Assembly (NCBI GenBank): GCA_047495785.1
Contig: JBLDXI010000064.1
Span: 869,706-933,705 of the forward strand
DNA length: 64,000 nt
Direction of reading: 5' to 3'
Origin: Lepidodermella squamata
Taxonomy: Eukaryota > Animalia > Gastrotricha
Below, one piece after another: positions 21,401 through 36,400 of the stretch (position 1 is its first letter; each line of letters begins with the position of its first letter). A program made the position numbers and the translations under genes. Below the pieces are notes generated by a model. That model was not told the origin of the DNA. It worked only from the letters and a program-made list of their open reading frames with translations, and ran no database searches.

Positions 21401-24400
21401 GAAGCAAGAATATGCGTGATTTGCCTGGGTACAGCACGATTCCGCATAGCTGCGATGCGTACAAGGGTTGGAAACAGCGTTCCAGCCTGTTTTGGCTGGC
21501 AGCGAAATATCGGTCATCCGAAATGTTAGCAAATCGCCTGCAAACGAGTTTGCCCGTGTTGCCACTATCAAATGAAGCAAGAATATGCGTGATTTGCCTG
21601 GGTTCAGCACGATTCCGCATAGCTGCGATGCGTACAAGGGTTGAAAACAGCGTTACAGCCTGTTTTGGCTGGCAGCGAAATATCGTTCATCCGAAATGTT
21701 AGCGAATCGCCTGCAAACGAGTTTGCCCGTGTTGCCACTATCAAATGAAGCAAGAATATGCGTGATTTGCCTGGGTACAGCACGATTCCGCATAGCTGCG
21801 ATGCGTACAAGGGTTGAAAACAGCGTTCCAGCCTGTTTGGGCTGGCAGCGAAATATCGGTCATCCGAAATGTTAGCGAATCGCCTGCAAACGAGTTTGCC
21901 CGTGTTGCCACTATCAAATGAAGCAAGAATATGCGTGATTTGCCTGGGTTCAGCACGATTCCGCATAGCTGCGATGCGTACAAGGGTTGAAAACAGCGTT
22001 CCAGCCTGTTTTGGCTGGCAGCGAAATATCGGTCATTCGAAATGTTAGCGAATCGCCTGCAAACGAGTTTGCCCGTGTTGCCATTATCAAATGAAGCAAG
22101 AATATGCGTGATTTACCTGGGTTCAGCACGATTCCGCATAGCTGCGATGCGTACAAGGGTTGGAAACAGCGTTCCAGCCTGTTTTGGCTGGCAGCGAAAT
22201 ATCGGTCATCCGAAATGTTAGCGAATCGCCTGCAAACGAGTTTGCCCGTGTTGCCACTATCAAATGAAGCAAGAATATGCGTGATTTGCCTGGGTACAGC
22301 ACGATTCCGCATAGCTGCGATGCGTACAAGGGTTGAAAACAGCGTTACAGCCTGTTTTGGCTGGCAGCGAAATATCGGTCATCCGAAATGTTAGCGAATC
22401 GCCTGCAAACGAGTTTGCCCGTGTTGCCACTATCAAATAAAGCAAGAATATGCGTGATTTGCCTGGGTACAGCACGATTCCGCATAGCTGCGATGCGTAC
22501 AAGGGTTGGAAACAGCGTTACAGCCTGTTTGGGCTGGCAGCGAAATATCGGTCATCCGAAATGTTAGCGAATCGCCTGCAAACGTGTTTGCCCGTGTTGC
22601 CACTATCAAATGAAGCAAGAATATGCGTGATTTGCCTGGGTACAGCACGATTCTGCATAGCTGCGATGCGTACAAGGGTTGGAAACAGCGTTCCAGCCTG
22701 TTTTGGCTGGCAGCGAAATATCGGTCATCCGAAATGTTAGCGAATCGCCTGCAAACGAGTTTGCCCGTGTTGCCACTATCAAATGAAGCAAGAATATGCG
22801 TGATTTGCCTGGGTTCAGCACGATTCCGCATAGCTGCGATGCGTACAAGGGTTGAAAACAGCGTTACAGCCTGTTTTGGCTGGCAGCGAAATATCGGTCA
22901 TCCGAAATGTTAGCGAATCGCCTGCAAACGAGTTTGCCCGTGTTGCCATTATCAAATGAAGCAAGAATATGCGTGATTTACCTGGGTTCAGCACGATTCC
23001 GCATAGCTGCGATGCGTACAAGGGTTGGAAACAGCGTTCCAGCCTGTTTTGGCTGGCAGCGAAATATCGGTCATCCGAAATGTTAGCGAATCGCCTGCAA
23101 ACGAGTTTGCCCGTGTTGCCACTATCAAATGAAGCAAGAATATGCGTGATTTGCCTGGGTACAGCACGATTCCGCATAGCTGCGATGCGTACAAGGGTTG
23201 GAAACAGCGTTACAGCCTGTTTTGGCTGGCAGCGAAATATCGGTCATCTGAAATGTTAGCGAATCGCCTGCAAACGAGTTTCCCCGTGTTGCCACTATCA
23301 AATGAAGCAAGAATATGCGTGATTTGCCTGGGTTCAGCACGATTCCGCATAGCTGCGATGCGTACAAGGGTTGAAAACAGCGTTCCAGCCTGTTTTAGCT
23401 GGCAGCGAAATATCGGTCATCCGAAATGTTAGCGAATCGCCTGCAAACGTGTTTGCCCGTGTTGCCACTATCAAATGAAGCAAGAATATGCGTGATTTGC
23501 CTGGGTTCAGCACGATTCCGCATAGCTGCGATGCGTACAAGGGTTGAAAACAGCGTTCCAGCCTGTTTTGGCTGGCAGCGAAATATCGGTCATCCGAAAT
23601 GTTAGCGAATCGCCTGCAAACGTGTTTGCCCGTGTTGCCACTATCAAATGAAGCAAGAATATGCGTGATTTGCCTGGGTTCAGCACGATTCCGCATAGCT
23701 GCGATGCGTACAAGGGTTTGAAACAGCGTTACAGCCTGTTTTGGCTGGCAGCGAAATATCGGTCATCCGAAATGTTAGCAAATCGCCTGCAAACGAGTTT
23801 GCCCGTGTTGCCACTATCAAATGAAGCAAGAATATGCGTGATTTGCCTGGGTACAGCACGATTCCGCATAGCTGCGATGCGTACAAGGGTTGAAAACAGC
23901 GTTACAGCCTGTTTTGGCTGGCAGCGAAATATCGGTCATCCGAAATATTAGCGAATCGCCTGCAAACGAGTTTCCCCGTGTTGCCACTATCAAATGAAGC
24001 AAGAATATGCGTGATTTGCCTGGGTTCAGCACGATTCCGCATAGCTGCGATGCGTACAAGGGTTGAAAACAGCGTTCCAGCCTGTTTTGGCTGGCAGCGA
24101 AATATCGGTCATCCGAAATGTTAGCGAATCGCCTGCAAACGAGTTTCCCCGTGTTGCCACTATCAAATGAAGCAAGAATATGCGTGATTTGCCTGGGTTC
24201 AGCACGATTCCGCATAGCTGCGATGCGTACAAGGGTTGAAAACAGCGTTCCAGCCTGTTTTGGCTGGCAGCGAAATATCGGTCATCTGAAATGTTAGCGA
24301 ATCGCCTGCAAACGAGTTTCCCCGTGTTGCCACTATCAAATGAAGCAAGAATATGCGTGATTTGCCTGGGTTCAGCACGATTCCGCATAGCTGCGATGCG

Positions 24401-27400
24401 TACAAGGGTTGAAAACAGCGTTCCAGCCTGTTTTGGCTGGCAGCGAAATATCGGTCATCCGAAATGTTAGCGAATCGCCTGCAAACGTGTTTGCCCGTGT
24501 TGCCACTATCAAATGAAGCAAGAATATGCGTGAATTGCCTGGGTTCAGCACGATTCCGCATAGCTGCGATGCGTACAAGGGTTGAAAACAGCGTTCCAGC
24601 CTGTTTTGGCTGGCAGCGAAATATCGGTCATCCGAAATGTTAGCAAATCGCCTGCAAACGAGTTTGCCCGTGTTGCCACTATCAAATGAAGCAAGAATAT
24701 GCGTGATTTGCCTGGGTACAGCACGATTCCGCATAGCTGCGATGCGTACAAGGGTTGAAAACAGCGTTACAGCCTGTTTTGGCTGGCAGCGAAATATCGG
24801 TCATCCGAAATGTTAGCGAATCGCCTGCAAACGAGTTTCCCCGTGTTGCCACTATCAAATGAAGCAAGAATATGCGTGATTTGCCTGGGTACAGCACGAT
24901 TCCGCATAGCTGCGATGCGTACAAGGGTTGGAAACAGCGTTACAGCCTGTTTTGGCTGGCAGCGAAATATCGGTCATCTGAAATGTTAGCGAATCGCCTG
25001 CAAACGAGTTTCCCCGTGTTGCCACTATCAAATGAAGCAAGAATATGCGTGATTTGCCTGGGTTCAGCACGATTCCGCATAGCTGCGATGCGTACAAGGG
25101 TTGAAAACAGCGTTCCAGCCTGTTTTAGCTGGCAGCGAAATATCGGTCATCCGAAATGTTAGCGAATCGCCTGCAAACGTGTTTGCCCGTGTTGCCACTA
25201 TCAAATGAAGCAAGAATATGCGTGATTTGCCTGGGTTCAGCACGATTCCGCATAGCTGCGATGCGTACAAGGGTTGAAAACAGCGTTCCAGCCTGTTTTG
25301 GCTGGCAGCGAAATATCGGTCATCCGAAATGTTAGCGAATCGCCTGCAAACGTGTTTGCCCGTGTTGCCACTATCAAATGAAGCAAGAATATGCGTGATT
25401 TGCCTGGGTTCAGCACGATTCCGCATAGCTGCGATGCGTACAAGGGTTTGAAACAGCGTTACAGCCTGTTTTGGCTGGCAGCGAAATATCGGTCATCCGA
25501 AATGTTAGCAAATCGCCTGCAAACGAGTTTGCCCGTGTTGCCACTATCAAATGAAGCAAGAATATGCGTGATTTGCCTGGGTACAGCACGATTCCGCATA
25601 GCTGCGATGCGTACAAGGGTTGAAAACAGCGTTACAGCCTGTTTTGGCTGGCAGCGAAATATCGGTCATCCGAAATATTAGCGAATCGCCTGCAAACGAG
25701 TTTCCCCGTGTTGCCACTATCAAATGAAGCAAGAATATGCGTGATTTGCCTGGGTTCAGCACGATTCCGCATAGCTGCGATGCGTACAAGGGTTGAAAAC
25801 AGCGTTCCAGCCTGTTTTGGCTGGCAGCGAAATATCGGTCATCCGAAATGTTAGCGAATCGCCTGCAAACGAGTTTCCCCGTGTTGCCACTATCAAATGA
25901 AGCAAGAATATGCGTGATTTGCCTGGGTTCAGCACGATTCCGCATAGCTGCGATGCGTACAAGGGTTGAAAACAGCGTTCCAGCCTGTTTTGGCTGGCAG
26001 CGAAATATCGGTCATCTGAAATGTTAGCGAATCGCCTGCAAACGAGTTTCCCCGTGTTGCCACTATCAAATGAAGCAAGAATATGCGTGATTTGCCTGGG
26101 TTCAGCACGATTCCGCATAGCTGCGATGCGTACAAGGGTTGAAAACAGCGTTCCAGCCTGTTTTGGCTGGCAGCGAAATATCGGTCATCCGAAATGTTAG
26201 CGAATCGCCTGCAAACGTGTTTGCCCGTGTTGCCACTATCAAATGAAGCAAGAATATGCGTGAATTGCCTGGGTTCAGCACGATTCCGCATAGCTGCGAT
26301 GCGTACAAGGGTTGAAAACAGCGTTCCAGCCTGTTTTGGCTGGCAGCGAAATATCGGTCATCCGAAATGTTAGCAAATCGCCTGCAAACGAGTTTGCCCG
26401 TGTTGCCACTATCAAATGAAGCAAGAATATGCGTGATTTGCCTGGGTACAGCACGATTCCGCATAGCTGCGATGCGTACAAGGGTTGAAAACAGCGTTAC
26501 AGCCTGTTTTGGCTGGCAGCGAAATATCGGTCATCCGAAATGTTAGCGAATCGCCTGCAAACGAGTTTCCCCGTGTTGCCACTATCAAATGAAGCAAGAA
26601 TATGCGTGATTTGCCTGGGTTCAGCACGATTCCGCATAGCTGCGATGCGTACAAGGGTTGAAAACAGCGTTCCAGCCTGTTTTGGCTGGCAGCGAAATAT
26701 CGGTCATCCGAAATGTTAGCGAATCGCCTGCAAACGAGTTTGCCCGTGTTGCCACTATCAAATGAAGCAAGAATATGCGTGATTTGCCTGGGTTCAGCAC
26801 GATTCCGCATAGCTGCGATGCGTACAAGGGTTGAAAACAGCGTTCCAGCCTGTTTTGGCTGGCAGCGAAATATCGGTCATCTGAAATGTTAGCGAATCGC
26901 CTGCAAACGAGTTTCCCCGTGTTGCCACTATCAAATGAAGCAAGAATATGCGTGATTTGCCTGGGTTCAGCACGATTCCGCATAGCTGCGATGCGTACAA
27001 GGGTTGAAAACAGCGTTCCAGCCTGTTTTGGCTGGCAGCGAAATATCGGTCATCCGAAATGTTAGCGAATCGCCTGCAAACGTGTTTGCCCGTGTTGCCA
27101 CTATCAAATGAAGCAAGAATATACGTGATTTATCTGGGTTCAGCACGATTCCGTATAGCTGCGATGCGTACATGGGTTGAAAACAGCGTTACAGCCTGTT
27201 TTGGCTGGCAGCGAAATATCGGTCATCTGAAATGTTAGCGAATCGCCTGCAAACGAGTTTCCCCGTGTTGCCACTATCAAATGAAGCAAGAATATGCGTG
27301 ATTTGCCTGGGTTCAGCACGATTCCGCATAGCTGCGATGCGTACAAGGGTTGAAAACAGCGTTCCAGCCTGTTTTGGCTGGCAGCGAAATATCGGTCATC

Positions 27401-30400
27401 CGAAATGTTAGCGAATCGCCTGCAAACGTGTTTGCCCGTGTTGCCACTATCAAATGAAGCAAGAATATACGTGATTTATCTGGGTTCAGCACGATTCCGC
27501 ATAGCTGCGATGCGTAAAAGGGTTTGAAACAGCGTTACAGCCTGTTTTGGCTGGCAGCGAAATATCGGTCATCTGAAATGTTAGCAAATCGCCTGCAAAC
27601 GAGTTTGCCCGTGTTGCCACTATCAAATGAAGCAAGAATATGCGTGAATTGCCTGGGTACAGCACGATTCCGCATAGCTGCGATGCGTACAAGGGTTGAA
27701 AACAGCGTTACAGCCTGTTTTGGCTGGCAGCGAAATATCGGTCATCCGAAATATTAGCGAATCGCCTGCAAACGTGTTTGCCCGTGTTGCCACTATCAAA
27801 TGAAGCAAGAATATGCGTGATTTGCCTGGGTTCAGCACGATTCCGCATAGCTGCGATGCGTAAAAGGGTTTGAAACAGCGTTACAGCCTGTTTTGGCTGG
27901 CAGCGAAATATCGGTCATCCGAAATGTTAGCAAATCGCCTGCAAACGAGTTTGCCCGTGTTGCCACTATCAAATGAAGCAAGAATATGCGTGATTTGCCT
28001 GGGTACAGCACGATTCCGCATAGCTGCGATGCGTACAAGGGTTGAAAACAGCGTTACAGCCTGTTTTGGCTGGCAGTGAAATATCGGTCATCCGAAATAT
28101 TAGCGAATCGCCTGCAAACGAGTTTCCCCGTGTTGCCACTATCAAATGAAGCAAGAATATGCGTGATTTGCCTGGGTTCAGCACGATTCCGCATAGCTGC
28201 GATGCGTACAAGGGTTGAAAACAGCGTTCCAGCCTGTTTTGGCTGGCAGCGAAATATCGGTCATCCGAAATGTTAGCGAATCGCCTGCAAACGAGTTTGC
28301 CCGTGTTGCCACTATCAAATGAAGCAAGAATATGCGTGATTTGCCTGGGTTCAGCACGATTCCGCATAGCTGCGATGCGTACAAGGGTTGAAAACAGCGT
28401 TCCAGCCTGTTTTGGCTGGCAGCGAAATATCGGTCATCCGAAATGTTAGCAAATCGCCTGCAAACGAGTTTGCCCGTGTTGCCACTATCAAATGAAGCAA
28501 GAATATGCGTGATTTGCCTGGGTACAGCACGATTCCGCATAGCTGCGATGCGTACAAGGGTTGAAAACAGCGTTACAGCCTGTTTTGGCTGGCAGCGAAA
28601 TATCGGTCATCCGAAATATTAGCGAATCGCCTGCAAACGAGTTTCCCCGTGTTGCCACTATCAAATGAAGCAAGAATATGCGTGATTTGCCTGGGTTCAG
28701 CACGATTCCGCATAGCTGCGATGCGTACAAGGGTTGAAAACAGCGTTCCAGCCTGTTTTGGCTGGCAGCGAAATATCGGTCATCCGAAATGTTAGCGAAT
28801 CGCCTGCAAACGAGTTTGCCCGTGTTGCCACTATCAAATGAAGCAAGAATATGCGTGATTTGCCTGGGTTCAGCACGATTCCGCATAGCTGCGATGCGTA
28901 CAAGGGTTGAAAACAGCGTTCCAGCCTGTTTTGGCTGGCAGCGAAATATCGGTCATCCGAAATGTTAGCGAATCGCCTGCAAACGTGTTTGCCCGTGTTG
29001 CCACTATCAAATGAAGCAAGAATATGCGTGATTTATCTGGGTTCAGCACGATTCCGTATAGCTGCGATGCGTACAAGGGTTGAAAACAGCGTTACAGCCT
29101 GTTTTGGCTGGCAGCGAAATATCGGTCATCCGAAATGTTAGCGAATCGCCTGCAAACGAGTTTCCCCGTGTTGCCACTATCAAATGAAGCAAGAATATGC
29201 GTGATTTGCCTGGGTTCAGCACGATTCCGCATAGCTGCGATGCGTACAAGGGTTGAAAACAGCGTTCCAGCCTGTTTTGGCTGGCAGCGAAATATCGGTC
29301 ATCCGAAATGTTAGCGAATCGCCTGCAAACGTGTTTGCCCGTGTTGCCACTATCAAATGAAGCAAGAATATACGTGATTTATCTGGGTTCAGCACGATTC
29401 CGTATAGCTGCGATGCGTACATGGGTTGAAAACAGGGTTACAGCCTGTTTTGGCTGGCAGCGAAATATCGGTCATCTGAAATGTTAGCGAATCGCCTGCA
29501 AACGAGTTTCCCCGTGTTGCCACTATCAAATGAAGCAAGAATATGCGTGATTTGCCTGGGTTCAGCACGATTCCGCATAGCTGCGATGCGTACAAGGGTT
29601 GAAAACAGCGTTCCAGCCTGTTTTGGCTGGCAGCGAAATATCGGTCATCCGAAATGTTAGCGAATCGCCTGCAAACGTGTTTGCCCGTGTTGCCACTATC
29701 AAATGAAGCAAGAATATACGTGATTTATCTGGGTTCAGCACGATTCCGCATAGCTGCGATGCGTAAAAGGGTTTGAAACAGCGTTACAGCCTGTTTTGGC
29801 TGGCAGCGAAATATCGGTCATCTGAAATGTTAGCAAATCGCCTGCAAACGAGTTTGCCCGTGTTGCCACTATCAAATGAAGCAAGAATATGCGTGAATTG
29901 CCTGGGTACAGCACGATTCCGCATAGCTGCGATGCGTACAAGGGTTGAAAACAGCGTTACAGCCTGTTTTGGCTGGCAGCGAAATATCGGTCATCCGAAA
30001 TATTAGCGAATCGCCTGCAAACGTGTTTGCCCGTGTTGCCACTATCAAATGAAGCAAGAATATGCGTGATTTGCCTGGGTTCAGCACGATTCCGCATAGC
30101 TGCGATGCGTAAAAGGGTTTGAAACAGCGTTACAGCCTGTTTTGGCTGGCAGCGAAATATCGGTCATCCGAAATGTTAGCAAATCGCCTGCAAACGAGTT
30201 TGCCCGTGTTGCCACTATCAAATGAAGCAAGAATATGCGTGATTTGCCTGGGTACAGCACGATTCCGCATAGCTGCGATGCGTACAAGGGTTGAAAACAG
30301 CGTTACAGCCTGTTTTGGCTGGCAGTGAAATATCGGTCATCCGAAATATTAGCGAATCGCCTGCAAACGAGTTTCCCCGTGTTGCCACTATCAAATGAAG

Positions 30401-33400
30401 CAAGAATATGCGTGATTTGCCTGGGTTCAGCACGATTCCGCATAGCTGCGATGCGTACAAGGGTTGAAAACAGCGTTCCAGCCTGTTTTGGCTGGCAGCG
30501 AAATATCGGTCATCCGAAATGTTAGCGAATCGCCTGCAAACGAGTTTGCCCGTGTTGCCACTATCAAATGAAGCAAGAATATGCGTGATTTGCCTGGGTT
30601 CAGCACGATTCCGCATAGCTGCGATGCGTACAAGGGTTGAAAACAGCGTTCCAGCCTGTTTTGGCTGGCAGCGAAATATCGGTCATCCGAAATGTTAGCG
30701 AATCGCCTGCAAACGTGTTTGCCCGTGTTGCCACTATCAAATGAAGCAAGAATATGCGTGATTTATCTGGGTTCAGCACGATTCCGTATAGCTGCGATGC
30801 GTACAAGGGTTGAAAACAGCGTTACAGCCTGTTTTGGCTGGCAGCGAAATATCGGTCATCCGAAATGTTAGCGAATCGCCTGCAAACGAGTTTCCCCGTG
30901 TTGCCACTATCAAATGAAGCAAGAATATGCGTGATATGCCTGGGTTCAGCACGATTCCGCATAGCTGCGATGCGTACAAGGGTTGAAAACAGCGTTCCAG
31001 CCTGTTTTGGCTGGCAGCGAAATATCGGTCATCCGAAATGTTAGCGAATCGCCTGCAAACGTGTTTGCCCGTGTTGCCACTATCAAATGAAGCAAGAATA
31101 TGCGTGATTTGCCTGGGTTCAGCACGATTCCGCATAGCTGCGATGCGTACAAGGGTTGAAAACAGCGTTCCAGCCTGTTTTGGCTGGCAGCGAAATATCG
31201 GTCATCCGAAATGTTAGCGAATCGCCTGCAAACGAGTTTGCCCGTGTTGCCACTATCAAATGAAGCAAGAATATGCGTGAATTGCCTGGGTACAGCACGA
31301 TTCCGCATAGCTGCGATGCGTACAAGGGTTGAAAACAGCGTTCCAGCCTGTTTTGGCTGGCAGCGAAATATCGGTCATCCGAAATGTTAGCGAATCGCCT
31401 GCAAACGAGTTTGCCCGTGTTGCCACTATCAAATGAAGCAAGAATATGCGTGATTTGCCTGGGTTCAGCACGATTCCGCATAGCTGCGATGCGTACAAGG
31501 GTTGAAAACAGCGTTCCAGCCTGTTTTGGCTGGCAGCGAAATATCGGTCATCCGAAATGTTGCGAATCGCCTGCAAACGAGTTTGCCCGTGTTGCCACTA
31601 TCAAATGAAGCAAGAATATGCGTGATATGCCTGGGTTCAGCACGATTCCGCATAGCTGCGATGCGTACAAGGGTTGGAAACAGCGTTACAGCCTGTTTGG
31701 GCTGGCAGCGAAATATCGGTCATCCGAAATGTTAGCGAATCGCCTGCAAACGTGTTTGCCCGTGTTGCCACTATCAAATAAAGCAAGAATATGCGTGATT
31801 TGCCTGGGTTCAGCACGATTCCGCATAGCTGCGATGCGTACAAGGGTTGAAAACAGCGTTCCAGCCTGTTTTGGCTGGCAGCGAAATATCGGTCATCCGA
31901 AATGTTAGCAAATCGCCTGCAAACGAGTTTCCCCGTGTTGCCACTATCAAATGAAGCAAGAATATGCGTGATTTGCCTGGGTTCAGCACGATTCCGCATA
32001 GCTGCGATGCGTACAAGGGTTGAAAACAGCGTTCCAGCCTGTTTTGGCTGGCAGCGAAATATCGGTCATCCGAAATGTTAGCGAATCGCCTGCAAACGTG
32101 TTTGCCCGTGTTGCCACTATCAAATGAAGCAAGAATATGCGTGAATTGCCTGGGTTCAGCACGATTCCGCATAGCTGCGATGCGTACAAGGGTTGAAAAC
32201 AGCGTTCCAGCCTGTATTGGCTGGCAGCGAAATATCGGTCATCCGAAATGTTAGCAAATCGCCTGCAAACGAGTTTGCCCGTGTTGCCACTATCAAATGA
32301 AGCAAGAATATGCGTGATTTGCCTGGGTACAGCACGATTCCGCATAGCTGCGATGCGTACAAGGGTTGAAAACAGCGTTACAGCCTGTTTTGGCTGGCAG
32401 CGAAATATCGGTCATCCGAAATGTTAGCGAATCGCCTGCAAACGAGTTTCCCCGTGTTGCCACTATCAAATGAAGCAAGAATATGCGTGATTTGCCTGGG
32501 TTCAGCACGATTCCGCATAGCTGCGATGCGTACAAGGGTTGAAAACAGCGTTCCAGCCTGTTTTGGCTGGCAGCGAAATATCGGTCATCCGAAATGTTAG
32601 CGAATCGCCTGCAAACGAGTTTGCCCGTGTTGCCACTATCAAATGAAGCAAGAATATGCGTGATTTGCCTGGGTTCAGCACGATTCCGCATAGCTGCGAT
32701 GCGTACAAGGGTGGAAAACAGCGTTCCAGCCTGTTTTGGCTGGCAGCGAAATATCGGTCATCTGAAATGTTAGCGAATCGCCTGCAAACGAGTTTCCCCG
32801 TGTTGCCACTATCAAATGAAGCAAGAATATGCGTGATTTGCCTGGGTTCAGCACGATTCCGCATAGCTGCGATGCGTACAAGGGTTGAAAACAGCGTTCC
32901 AGCCTGTTTTGGCTGGCAGCGAAATATCGGTCATCCGAAATGTTAGCGAATCGCCTGCAAACGTGTTTGCCCGTGTTGCCACTATCAAATGAAGCAAGAA
33001 TATGCGTGATTTGCCTGGGTTCAGCACGATTCCGCATAGCTGCGATGCGTACAAGGGTTGAAAACAGCGTTCCAGCCTGTTTTGGCTGGCAGCGAAATAT
33101 CGGTCATCCGAAATGTTAGCGAATCGCCTGCAAACGTGTTTGCCCGTGTTGCCACTATCAAATGAAGCAAGAATATGCGTGATTTGCCTGGGTTCAGCAC
33201 GATTCCGCATAGCTGCGATGCGTACAAGGGTTTGAAACAGCGTTACAGCCTGTTTTGGCTGGCAGCGAAATATCGGTCATCCGAAATGTTAGCAAATCGC
33301 CTGCAAACGAGTTTGCCCGTGTTGCCACTATCAAATGAAGCAAGAATATGCGTGATTTGCCTGGGTACAGCACGATTCCGCATAGCTGCGATGCGTACAA

Positions 33401-36400
33401 GGGTTGAAAACAGCGTTACAGCCTGTTTTGGCTGGCAGCGAAATATCGGTCATTCGAAATATTAGCGAATCGCCTGCAAACGTGTTTGCCCGTGTTGCCA
33501 CTATCAAATGAAGCAAGAATATGCGTGATTTGCCTGGGTACAGCACGATTCCGCATAGCTGCGATGCGTACAAGGGTTGAAAACAGCGTTCCAGCCTGTT
33601 TTGGCTGGCAGCGAAATATCGGTCATCCGAAATGTTAGCGAATCGCCTGCAAACGAGTTTCCCCGTGTTGCCACTATCAAATGAAGCAAGAATATGCGTG
33701 ATTTGCCTGGGTTCAGCACGATTCCGCATAGCTGCGATGCGTACAAGGGTTGAAAACAGCGTTACAGCCTGTTTTGGCTGGCAGCGAAATATCGGTCATC
33801 CGAAATGTTAGCAAATCGCCTGCAAACGAGTTTCCCCGTGTTGCCACTATCAAATGAAGCAAGAATATGCGTGATTTGCCTGGGTTCAGCACGATTCCGC
33901 ATAGCTGCGATGCGTACAAGGGTTGAAAACAGCGTTCCAGCCTGTTTTGGCTGGCAGCGAAATATCGGTCATCCGAAATGTTAGCGAATCGCCTGCAAAC
34001 GTGTTTGCCCGTGTTGCCACTATCAAATGAAGCAAGAATATGCGTGAATTGCCTGGGTTCAGCACGATTCCGCATAGCTGCGATGCGTACAAGGGTTGAA
34101 AACAGCGTTCCAGCCTGTTTTGGCTGGCAGCGAAATATCGGTCATCCGAAATGTTAGCAAATCGCCTGCAAACGAGTTTGCCCGTGTTGCCACTATCAAA
34201 TGAAGCAAGAATATGCGTGATTTGCCTGGGTACAGCACGATTCCGCATAGCTGCGATGCGTACAAGGGTTGAAAACAGCGTTACAGCCTGTTTTGGCTGG
34301 CAGCGAAATATCGGTCATCCGAAATGTTAGCGAATCGCCTGCAAACGAGTTTCCCCGTGTTGCCACTATCAAATGAAGCAAGAATATGCGTGATTTGCCT
34401 GGGTTCAGCACGATTCCGCATAGCTGCGATGCGTACAAGGGTTGAAAACAGCGTTCCAGCCTGTTTTGGCTGGCAGCGAAATATCGGTCATCCGAAATGT
34501 TAGCGAATCGCCTGCAAACGAGTTTGCCCGTGTTGCCACTATCAAATGAAGCAAGAATATGCGTGATTTGCCTGGGTTCAGCACGATTCCGCATAGCTGC
34601 GATGCGTACAAGGGTTGAAAACAGCGTTCCAGCCTGTTTTGGCTGGCAGCGAAATATCGGTCATCCGAAATGTTAGCAAATCGCCTGCAAACGAGTTTGC
34701 CCGTGTTGCCACTATCAAATGAAGCAAGAATATGCGTGATTTGCCTGGGTTCAGCACGATTCCGCATAGCTGCGATGCGTACAAGGGTTGAAAACAGCGT
34801 TCCAGCCTGTTTTGGCTGGCAGCGAAATATCGGTCATCTGAAATGTTAACGAATCGCCTGCAAACGAGTTTGCCCGTGTTGCCACTATCAAATGAAGCAA
34901 GAATATGCGTGAATTGCCTGGGTACAGCACGATTCCGCATAGCTGCGATGCGTACAAGGGTTGAAAACAGCGTTCCAGCCTGTTTTGGCTGGCAGCGAAA
35001 TATCGGTCATCCGAAATGTTAGCGAATCGCCTGCAAACGTGTTTGCCCGTGTTGCCACTATCAAATGAAGCAAGAATATGCGTGATTTGCCTGGGTTCAG
35101 CACGATTCCGCATAGCTGCGATGCGTACAAGGGTTTGAAACAGCGTTACAGCCTGTTTTGGCTGGCAGCGAAATATCGGTCATCCGAAATGTTAGCAAAT
35201 CGCCTGCAAACGAGTTTGCCCGTGTTGCCACTATCAAATGAAGCAAGAATATGCGTGATTTGCCTGGGTACAGCACGATTCCGCATAGCTGCGATGCGTA
35301 CAAGGGTTGAAAACAGCGTTACAGCCTGTTTTGGCTGGCAGCGAAATATCGGTCATCCGAAATATTAGCGAATCGCCTGCAAACGAGTTTCCCCGTGTTG
35401 CCACTATCAAATGAAGCAAGAATATGCGTGATTTGCCTGGGTTCAGCACGATTCCGCATAGCTGCGATGCGTACAAGGGTTGAAAACAGCGTTCCAGCCT
35501 GTTTTGGCTGGCAGCGAAATATCGGTCATCCGAAATGTTAGCGAATCGCCTGCAAACGAGTTTCCCCGTGTTGCCACTATCAAATGAAGCAAGAATATGC
35601 GTGATTTGCCTGGGTTCAGCACGATTCCGCATAGCTGCGATGCGTACAAGGGTTGAAAACAGCGTTCCAGCCTGTTTTGGCTGGCAGCGAAATATCGGTC
35701 ATCCGAAATGTTAACGAATCGCCTGCAAACGAGTTTGCCCGTGTTGCCACTATCAAATGAAGCAAGAATATGCGTGAATTGCCTGGGTTCAGCACGATTC
35801 CGCATAGCTGCGATGCGTACAAGGGTTGAAAACAGCGTTCCAGCCTGTTTTGGCTGGCAGCGAAATATCGGTCATCCGAAATGTTAGCGAATCGCCTGCA
35901 AACGAGTTTGCCCGTGTTGCCACTATCAAATGAAGCAAGAATATGCGTGATTTGCCTGGGTACAGCACGATTCCGTATAGCTGCGATGCGTACAAGGGTT
36001 GAAAACAGCGTTACAGCCTGTTTTGGCTGGCAGCGAAATATCGGTCATCCGAAATGTTAGCGAATCGCCTGCAAACGAGTTTCCCCGTGTTGCCACTATC
36101 AAATGAAGCAAGAATATGCGTGATTTGCCTGGGTTCAGCACGATTCCGCAAAGCTGCGATGCGTACAAGGGTTGAAAATAGCGTTCCAGCCTGTTTTGGC
36201 TGGCAGCGAAATATCGGTCATCCGAAATGTTAGCGAATCGCCTGCAAACGAGTTTCCCCGTGTTGCCACTATCAAATGAAGCAAGAATATGCGTGATTTG
36301 CCTGGGTTCAGCACGATTCCGCAAAGCTGCGATGCGTACAAGGGTTGAAAATAGCGTTCCAGCCTGTTTTGGCTGGCAGCGAAATATCGGTCATCCGAAA

